DNA from: Candidatus Moraniibacteriota bacterium
GTDB lineage: Bacteria; Patescibacteriota; Minisyncoccia; CAIUEV01; JAHKAQ01
Assembly: GCA_014729725.1 (NCBI GenBank)
Contig: WJJL01000045.1
Coordinates: forward strand, 1 to 56,555
Direction: 5' to 3'
Length of the DNA stretch: 56,555 nucleotides
The position numbers and the translations under genes are program-made. Of this stretch, positions 1 to 4,920 are shown piece after piece (positions within the stretch are counted from its first letter, which is position 1; each line of letters starts with the position of its first letter). The notes beneath the pieces are model-generated. The model had not been told where the DNA came from. It made no database searches and saw nothing but the letters and a program-made list of their open reading frames with translations.

Positions 1-54
1 GCCGATGATCCGCAAGTTTTAGAATTAAAATTTTGGATATCGGCTGTTAAGTAA
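1..54 (+). CDS. 3' end of an unidentified gene (partial, enters from the left edge)
   Basis: Frame 1 is open from base 1 to TAA at 52-54 (...ADDPQVLELKFWISAVK*). Too short to name. Confidence 0.2.
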   Translation, partial: ADDPQVLELKFWISAVK

Positions 55-68
55 AGTATTTTTAAAAA

Positions 69-425
69 TCAACCTTTTATTTGATAAAATTCTATAACGT
101 TTCCTTCTGGATCTTCTGCCTGAAAAATTAAATAATTTTCAACTTTCTCTAAAGGCATGATAATTTTAGAATTTTTTTCTTTGATAATTTCAAGCATTCT
201 ATTGATATCTTCTACTTCAATGTTTGGGACTACATTATTTCCAATGGTTGTTTTTTCGTTATCAGCTGATGGATCAAATAACAGAAGTGAAATGTAATCA
301 AAGTCAAAAGAACTCATCCTTTTATCAAATGATGAAACCGGTGTGTCAAAAATATCTTCATAAAATTTTACTGCTCGCTTCATGTTTTTCACTGAAAGAT
401 AAATTGCTTTGATTTGAGGTTTCAT
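69..425 (-). CDS. VOC / glyoxalase-bleomycin resistance family protein
   Basis: 118 aa. N-terminus MKPQIKAIYLSVKNMKRAVKFYEDIF and C-terminal EDPEGNVIEF are typical of the glyoxalase/VOC fold. Confidence 0.7.
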   Translation of the reverse strand: MKPQIKAIYLSVKNMKRAVKFYEDIFDTPVSSFDKRMSSFDFDYISLLLFDPSADNEKTTIGNNVVPNIEVEDINRMLEIIKEKNSKIIMPLEKVENYLIFQAEDPEGNVIEFYQIKG

Positions 426-453
426 ATTATTAGATGATTTTTAAAAATATTTT

Positions 454-533
454 ATTTAACGTTTCTGTGTATCTGAAGTTTTTGTCTTTCTTCCTTATTG
501 TAATATAAAAGAAAGGAAAGGCAAAAATTTGGG
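454..533 (+). repeat. 5' half of structured palindromic unit 1: ATTTAAC-N14-GAAGTT-imperfect hairpin-AATTTGGG
   Basis: ATTTAAC at 454-460. CTGTGTATCTG at 465-475 is complementary to 1237-1247. GAAGTT at 475-480. Hairpin arms at about 479-496 and 508-527. AATTTGGG at 526-533. Unit 2 (1352-1519) has the same layout and the same 14-nt spacing. Confidence 0.7.
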
Positions 534-537
534 TGGA

Positions 538-594
538 GTAAAAGAGAAAATTTGAATATTTTTCCTTAATTTAAGCCCTTTTTCAATTTTAAAA
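538..594. repeat. Left arm of inverted repeat IR-a enclosing cassette 1
   Basis: GTAAAAGAGAAAATTTGAATATTT (538-561) is the perfect reverse complement of 1208-1231. GCCCTTTTTCAATTTT (575-590) is the perfect reverse complement of 1177-1192. The 13-15 nt between the two blocks has diverged. Confidence 0.85.
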
Positions 595-606
595 TTTGTT
601 TGTCGC

Positions 607-635
607 TTGACATATAGTAAGTTTTCTGCTATACT
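607..635 (+). promoter_or_regulatory. Consensus sigma70-type promoter of cassette 1 (TTGACA-17 nt-TATACT)
   Basis: TTGACA at 607-612, 17-nt spacer, TATACT at 630-635. The block TCTGCTATACTA is shared with the cassette 2 promoter. Confidence 0.6.
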
Positions 636-699
636 AATACGATACTAAGATAGTGTCAAAAGTATAGTACATTCACTTCAAAAATAGGAGGAAAACGAA

Positions 700-1119
700 A
701 TGGGAAAAGAGTATAACCTTCACTGGTACGGAGTGCTCACCATCGAAAACCTGCAACAAGTCGCAGACCTGCTCCTTCAGCTTCTTGACGGAAAACGCTA
801 CACTTTTGTGGCGGCAAACGAATTTTTTCGCTTCAAGCCAGAGGTCAGGACGGGTCAAACCCTCAGCCACAAGGGAGCCACGACGGGCAAGGCGATCAAC
901 GTCTATTATGATGAGAAAGAAAATCCGCCCAAGCACGCAGGTTTCAATGTTGGTGACACTTACGGAGTTTGGGGTTGCTCGACTAATCTGGCAACGGATG
1001 AATACGACAACGAATTTAACAACCCATACTTCGTTTTTGAGTACAACAAGGTTACGATCACTCACCGCGCGCCCGCTGGGCACTTGTTGTACTGGGTTGT
1101 TGCGATCGAACAAGATTAG
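700..1119 (+). CDS. Orphan 139-aa protein, no family recognised; roughly 50% G+C
   Basis: ATG is preceded by AGGAGG (686-691) at 8-nt spacing and followed by an intrinsic terminator. Composition is unlike every other gene in the window. I recognise no motif. Confidence 0.6.
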   Translation: MGKEYNLHWYGVLTIENLQQVADLLLQLLDGKRYTFVAANEFFRFKPEVRTGQTLSHKGATTGKAINVYYDEKENPPKHAGFNVGDTYGVWGCSTNLATDEYDNEFNNPYFVFEYNKVTITHRAPAGHLLYWVVAIEQD

Positions 1120-1134
1120 AGCAACCCCAAAGCT

Positions 1135-1176
1135 ACACCACCGTCATGTCTTCGGACCTCTGGCGGTGTTTTTTTA
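1135..1176 (+). terminator. Intrinsic terminator of cassette 1
   Basis: ACACCACCG...CGGCGGTGT stem with an inner GTC-TTCG-GAC hairpin, followed by a run of 7 T. Confidence 0.6.
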
Positions 1177-1231
1177 AAAATTGAAAAAGGGCTTATTAAA
1201 AATAAAGAAATATTCAAATTTTCTCTTTTAC
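1177..1231. repeat. Right arm of inverted repeat IR-a
   Basis: Reverse complement of 538-594 (16-nt and 24-nt perfect blocks). Confidence 0.85.
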
Positions 1232-1236
1232 GGAAC

Positions 1237-1254
1237 CAGATACACAGTGTTAAG
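1237..1254 (+). repeat. 3' closing arm of palindromic unit 1 (CAGATACACAG-T-GTTAAGT)
   Basis: CAGATACACAG (1237-1247) is complementary to 465-475. GTTAAGT fits GTTRRRY and opposes ATTTAAC (RYYYAAC) at 454-460. Confidence 0.65.
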
Positions 1255-1272
1255 TGAAGTTTTGCCGATTCA

Positions 1273-1301
1273 TAAAATTTACTTTTGAAATTACGAATCA
1301 A
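1273..1301 (-). promoter_or_regulatory. Weak relic of the host promoter-like element, pointing toward the VOC gene
   Basis: Minus strand reads TTGATT-cgtaatttcaaaagtaa-ATTTTA. It carries the AATTACGAA motif found in other host promoter elements. The -10 is poor. Confidence 0.25.
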
Positions 1302-1351
1302 CTTTTTTAATTGCACAAATATTTTCTTTTCTCGTTACAAGGCAAAATTTC

Positions 1352-1519
1352 ATTTAACGTATCCGAGTATGCGAAGTTCGCTTTTCGGATTTATCGATTA
1401 TTATTTGAATTATCTCATTACTATTTTAGCTGGTTTTTGCTTAAATTACCACTAAACAGAGAAAAGCGAATTTGGGAAAAAGGCGAGCCGAGCCTTTTTC
1501 CGCATACTCGGTGTTAGGC
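1352..1519 (+). repeat. Structured palindromic unit 2 (cargo-less copy), attC-like long imperfect hairpin
   Basis: Order of parts: ATTTAAC (1352-1358), N14 containing CCGAGTATGCG (1363-1373), GAAGTT (1373-1378), CGCTTTTC (1379-1386), long loop, GAAAAGCG (1461-1468), AATTTGGG (1469-1476), short hairpin AAAAAGGC-gagccga-GCCTTTTT (1477-1499), CGCATACTCGG (1501-1511), GTTAGGC (1513-1519). Confidence 0.75.
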
Positions 1520-1590
1520 GAGGGTGAGCGGAACGGAGTGGAGCGAAAGCGCAGCGCCCCCGTAGCGTTTTCTTTCAAATTATTTTTTGC
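1513..1590. repeat. Left arm of inverted repeat IR-b enclosing cassette 2, split by a 46-nt GC-rich insert
   Basis: GTTAGGCGA (1513-1521) and TTTTCTTTCAAATTATTTTTTGC (1568-1590) are perfect reverse complements of 2068-2076 and 2043-2065. In the right arm the two blocks are 2 nt apart. In the left arm they are separated by GGGTGAGCGGAACGGAGTGGAGCGAAAGCGCAGCGCCCCCGTAGCG. Confidence 0.85.
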
Positions 1591-1600
1591 GGTCGTGGGC

Positions 1601-1629
1601 TTGACAGATTAGCTGTTATCTGCTATACT
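1601..1629 (+). promoter_or_regulatory. Consensus sigma70-type promoter of cassette 2 (TTGACA-17 nt-TATACT)
   Basis: TTGACA at 1601-1606, 17-nt spacer, TATACT at 1624-1629. Confidence 0.6.
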
Positions 1630-1725
1630 AAACGTCAATAGTGAGAAATCTTTATTTAACCCAAAAAGGGTGGTTTCTCGCTATCGCGAGGATCTGCTCT
1701 TTACTAAACTCAAAGGAGGTAAAAA

Positions 1726-1971
1726 ATGGCACACAAAGAGTTGAAAGGTGATCGTTGTCCAAAGTGTAATGGCAGTGGAAGCGTGATTGCTGATGTTGGC
1801 GGATTTCATGCCGAAGTGGATTGCCCCGATTGTGCAGGTACCGGACTGGTAAACAGCCCAAACGCTTGCAAAAAGTGCAAAGGGTCTGGTAGCGTCATCG
1901 TTGATGCTGGTGGATTCAATGTCGAGGCAACCTGCGAACATTGCAATGGCTCCGGCTTGGAACCGCTTTAA
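1726..1971 (+). CDS. Stand-alone DnaJ-type cysteine-rich zinc-finger mini-protein (4 x CxxCxGxG), 81 aa
   Basis: Motifs CPKCNGSG, CPDCAGTG, CKKCKGSG, CEHCNGSG. Internal duplication of about 37 aa. GGAGG lies 6 nt before the ATG. A terminator follows. Roughly 50% G+C. Confidence 0.7.
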   Translation: MAHKELKGDRCPKCNGSGSVIADVGGFHAEVDCPDCAGTGLVNSPNACKKCKGSGSVIVDAGGFNVEATCEHCNGSGLEPL

Positions 1972-2001
1972 ACACCGCAAAAGCAGATCCGGTTCAATCG
2001 C

Positions 2002-2034
2002 AAGGCGTTGGCTTATATAGCTGACGCCTTTTTC
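2002..2034 (+). terminator. Intrinsic terminator of cassette 2
   Basis: AAGGCGTTGGC...GCTGACGCCTT stem followed by TTTTTC. Confidence 0.6.
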
Positions 2035-2042
2035 TTATATGA

Positions 2043-2076
2043 GCAAAAAATAATTTGAAAGAAAATGTCGCCTAAC
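2043..2076. repeat. Right arm of inverted repeat IR-b
   Basis: GCAAAAAATAATTTGAAAGAAAA-TG-TCGCCTAAC, reverse complement of the two blocks at 1568-1590 and 1513-1521. Confidence 0.85.
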
Positions 2077-2110
2077 TCCCTATATCCGAACCTCCAAATT
2101 TTTTATTATA

Positions 2111-2152
2111 ATTTAACAAAAAATTTAGAAGTTTTTTATACCCATAAGTATA
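2111..2152 (+). repeat. Degenerate or truncated third copy of the unit 5' half (ATTTAAC-N10-GAAGTT-hairpin)
   Basis: ATTTAAC at 2111-2117, GAAGTT at 2128-2133, small hairpin TATAC-ccataa-GTATA at 2137-2152. No closing arm is seen before the aspS stop. Confidence 0.4.
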
Positions 2153-2226
2153 GTATGTAGATAATTGTTTAGTCAATTAATTAGCCCTGGTTGTTTTTTA
2201 AAAAACAAACTTTTTTCAAACATCCG

Positions 2227-4101
2227 CTAAATTTCATCTTTCTTAACTTCTATCCTCAACTCATCCAAGACCTCTTTACTCACCTTTCTGGGAGCGCCTA
2301 ACATCAAATCCTGTCCTATGGCGGTTTTGGGGAAAGCCGTCATTTCGCGTACATTAGGTTCATCCCTAAGCAACATAAGCAACCTGTCTATTCCTTGACC
2401 TAAGCCGGCATGCGGAGGTGGACCGAATTTAAAAGCCTTCATTATGGGGCCAAAGTTTTTGTCAATTACTTTTTTGCTATAACCCACCGCTTCAAAAGAC
2501 TCGCTTAACATTTGTCCATCAGTACAACGCTCCCCTCCGGAAAACATCTCATAACCGTTGCAGGCAAGATCAAACTGTCTAGCCTTAATTTTTAAAAGCT
2601 CTTCAACTCCCTTTTTGCGAGCTTCTTTCAGCTGTTTTAAAGTACAGTCCGGGTTCGTAAAAGGATTATGACCGAACTGAACTCCGCTGCCTTTTTCCGA
2701 CATTCCATGAGCCCCCTCTTCCACTGGTTCAAAAAGAGGAAAATCATTAATCCAGCAAAAAGCCAAAATGTCAGGATCTCCCAATTTAAAACGCTCTTGA
2801 ATGTTTCTTCTGATAATATCCAAAATTTTAGCTGTTTCCGAGGGGTTGTCGGCGGCAAAAAAAATCGTGTCAAAAGGCTCCGGTTTTAAAGATCTTATAA
2901 ATGATAGATTCAAAAATTTGGCGATAGCTCCGCTAGCCTGACCTTTTTGATCGATTTTAATCCAGGCCAAACCAGGGGCGCCGGCGCCTTTAGCGATCTC
3001 GGTTAATTCATCGATATCTTTTCTCGAAAACTCCAAATCCCCTTTTCCGTAAACTTTTAAATTTAAATCTTTTGATTCAAAAGCTTTTTGTCTGGCTTTT
3101 GGAACTTTAAGCGCTCGAACATTTTGAGCTTGCTTGAAAATCTTAAAATCAGTTTTTTGAGCCTCCTTGGTAACATCCATTAATTCTAAAGCAAATCTCA
3201 AGTCCGGTTTTTCCGTGCCAAATCTTTCAATAGCTTCATTATAGGAAAATCTGGGCAACGGTTTTTGAAGTAATTTTTTACCTTCACCAAATTTGGTCAA
3301 AAATTGAGATAAAAAATCTTCGTACATTTGCCAAACATCCTCCTGTTTAACAAAAGCCATCTCTAAATCCAACTGATAATGCACATCTACATGACGATCA
3401 GCTCTGGAATCTTCGTCGCGAAAAGCCGGCGCAATCTGAAAATACTTATCCACACAGCTATACATTAAAAATTGCTTGAAAATCTGCGGTGATTGCGGTA
3501 AGGCGAAAAATTTCCCCGGCTCCCTCCTGGCCGGAACCAAGAAATCTCTAGCCCCCTCTGGAGCGGGCGCTGACAAAAGTGGGGTTTCTACTTCCAAAAA
3601 ATCTCTTTCACTGAACCAATTGCGAATAAACAAATTAACCGCTGCTCTAAATTTTAAATTTTCTTTCATCCTGTTTCTTCTAAGATCCAAATATCTATAT
3701 TCCAGCCTTAGCTCTTCGTTAACTGAAATCTTATCTTTGATTTCAAAAGGCGGCGTTTGAGACTTGCTCAAGATTACTAATTCATGCACCTCAATCTCGA
3801 TTTGACCGGTTTTAAGTTTAAGATTTTCCATTCCTTTTATCCTTTTTCTAACTAAACCTTTCACCTTTAAACACCACTCGGATCTAACTTGTTCTGCCTT
3901 TTGATGGGCCTGTTTATTAATTTTGGGATCAAACACAATTTGGGTAATTCCGTAAAAATCGCGTAAATCCACAAAAATCAAACCCCCATGGTCTCTTCTG
4001 GATTTCACCCAACCGGATAAAATTACCTCCTGACCGGTTTGATTTTCTTTTAATTCCCCACAAGAATTCGTTCTAAATTCATTTTTTGTTATTTTTGACA
4101 T
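2227..4101 (-). CDS. aspS: Aspartyl-tRNA synthetase (bacterial type with insertion domain)
   Basis: 624 aa. FFALPQSPQIFKQFLM and class II motif 3 GPPPHAGLGQGIDRLLMLL. Preceded by a T-box leader. Confidence 0.95.
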   Translation of the reverse strand: MSKITKNEFRTNSCGELKENQTGQEVILSGWVKSRRDHGGLIFVDLRDFYGITQIVFDPKINKQAHQKAEQVRSEWCLKVKGLVRKRIKGMENLKLKTGQIEIEVHELVILSKSQTPPFEIKDKISVNEELRLEYRYLDLRRNRMKENLKFRAAVNLFIRNWFSERDFLEVETPLLSAPAPEGARDFLVPARREPGKFFALPQSPQIFKQFLMYSCVDKYFQIAPAFRDEDSRADRHVDVHYQLDLEMAFVKQEDVWQMYEDFLSQFLTKFGEGKKLLQKPLPRFSYNEAIERFGTEKPDLRFALELMDVTKEAQKTDFKIFKQAQNVRALKVPKARQKAFESKDLNLKVYGKGDLEFSRKDIDELTEIAKGAGAPGLAWIKIDQKGQASGAIAKFLNLSFIRSLKPEPFDTIFFAADNPSETAKILDIIRRNIQERFKLGDPDILAFCWINDFPLFEPVEEGAHGMSEKGSGVQFGHNPFTNPDCTLKQLKEARKKGVEELLKIKARQFDLACNGYEMFSGGERCTDGQMLSESFEAVGYSKKVIDKNFGPIMKAFKFGPPPHAGLGQGIDRLLMLLRDEPNVREMTAFPKTAIGQDLMLGAPRKVSKEVLDELRIEVKKDEI

Positions 4102-4225
4102 AGTTAAAAATTAAATATTATACGGATAGCGCCGATTATCTGAAAGCTCTTTGCTTCTTACCTGCCGGCAAAGCAATAAGGATAAAACAAACGATTAGCC
4201 CTATTCATTATTATGAAAATTATAT

Positions 4226-4548
4226 TTAAAAAGCCGTCCTTACAAATCCAATACTACAATAAACAAGCTTCTTTGGATTTACAAGGACGGCTTTATTAAC
4301 CGCGGTGCCACCTTTTTTTATTTAGCCGTTGCCGGCCAAACCTCGATAACCTTTGAAAAATTTCAAAAAAATTATCAATTACGCATCTGAGGAATTTTGT
4401 AAACCGAAATCTTAAAGCTAAAAACCAAACAAAAGCGTAACAAAAATATTTTTCCAAGGTTGATTAGCTGTAACGGGCTAACCCGGAAAGTTCTACTTGT
4501 CCTAAAAGGACTTTCTTCTTTCAGCTAAGCGGTGTTGGCCGCCTCAAA
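4226..4548 (-). promoter_or_regulatory. T-box riboswitch leader controlling aspS
   Basis: Minus strand carries the T-box sequence AAAAAAGGTGGCACCGCGG (4301-4312 is GGTGGCACCGCG). It is followed immediately by a long terminator hairpin AAAGCCGTCCTTGTAAATCC...GGATTTGTAAGGACGGCTTTTT (4226-4294). A Stem I-like region lies upstream (GCTGAAAGAAGAAAGTCC...AGTAGAAC...CAGC). Confidence 0.8.
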
Positions 4549-4551
4549 GCT

Positions 4552-4580
4552 TTTATAATCAAAATTCTTCAATTATACAA
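4552..4580 (-). promoter_or_regulatory. Putative promoter of the T-box/aspS transcript
   Basis: Minus strand reads TTGTAT (4575-4580), 17 nt, TATAAA (4552-4557). Confidence 0.35.
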
Positions 4581-4920
4581 TTTTTATTACCCTAAAATTT
4601 AAATGATTTTGAATTATTTGCAAATTATAAATTTTAGGCTTAATTAAAAAAAACAATTCAGTTTCTTTTAAATTTAACAATAGCAAAAATCAATTAAAAA
4701 TCAATTAAAATTAATAGGAGTTGGGAAATTAAAGATTAATTGAAGACATGTTTGCTGAAAAATTCCTACTCCCCTCCTCTTTTTTTTATTTTTTAATAAA
4801 TCGTATGAGTTTTGGGTTATTGAATCAAGCTAATTGCCCGTTTTTTCCCTTAAAAAAGAAATGAAACAGGAGGTTAAATCTGCTTCAAGAAAACCGATTA
4901 AACAGCTTTGGCCGTTATTT

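Noticed and set aside
673-1177. Long ORFs overlapping the cassette 1 gene in other frames (673-1113 minus, 146 aa; 785-1177 plus, 130 aa)
   Set aside because: They lack an ATG plus SD context (the minus ORF starts at TTG with no purine tract). They have odd Arg/Ser/Thr-rich composition. They are the expected by-product of a roughly 50% G+C segment with few stop codons. The 700-1119 frame has the promoter, SD and terminator.
1652-1980. Antisense ORFs over the zinc-finger gene (1652-1861 and 1681-1980, minus)
   Set aside because: Same reasoning as above. The plus frame gives a perfectly periodic CxxCxGxG pattern with an SD and terminator. The antisense frames have no signals.
2189-2211. AT-only palindrome GTTGTTTTTTAAAAAACAAAC as the aspS terminator
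   Set aside because: It can form a hairpin but is made only of A/T-rich pairs and has no T-run on the minus strand. I left it uncalled because I cannot separate it from the decayed end of the island.
430-2226. Retron or group II intron interpretation of the nested inverted repeats and the GC-rich 46-mer
   Set aside because: No reverse transcriptase ORF in or near the island. No recognisable msr/msd layout. No group II domain V consensus. The repeats flank protein-coding cassettes instead.
4500-4530. GAAGAAAGTCC on the minus strand, reminiscent of the RNase P RNA GAGGAAAGUCCGGGC box
   Set aside because: The match is only partial (no CGGGC). It lies inside the Stem I region of a leader that has a clear T-box sequence and terminator. 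The surrounding sequence shows no other RNase P conserved regions.
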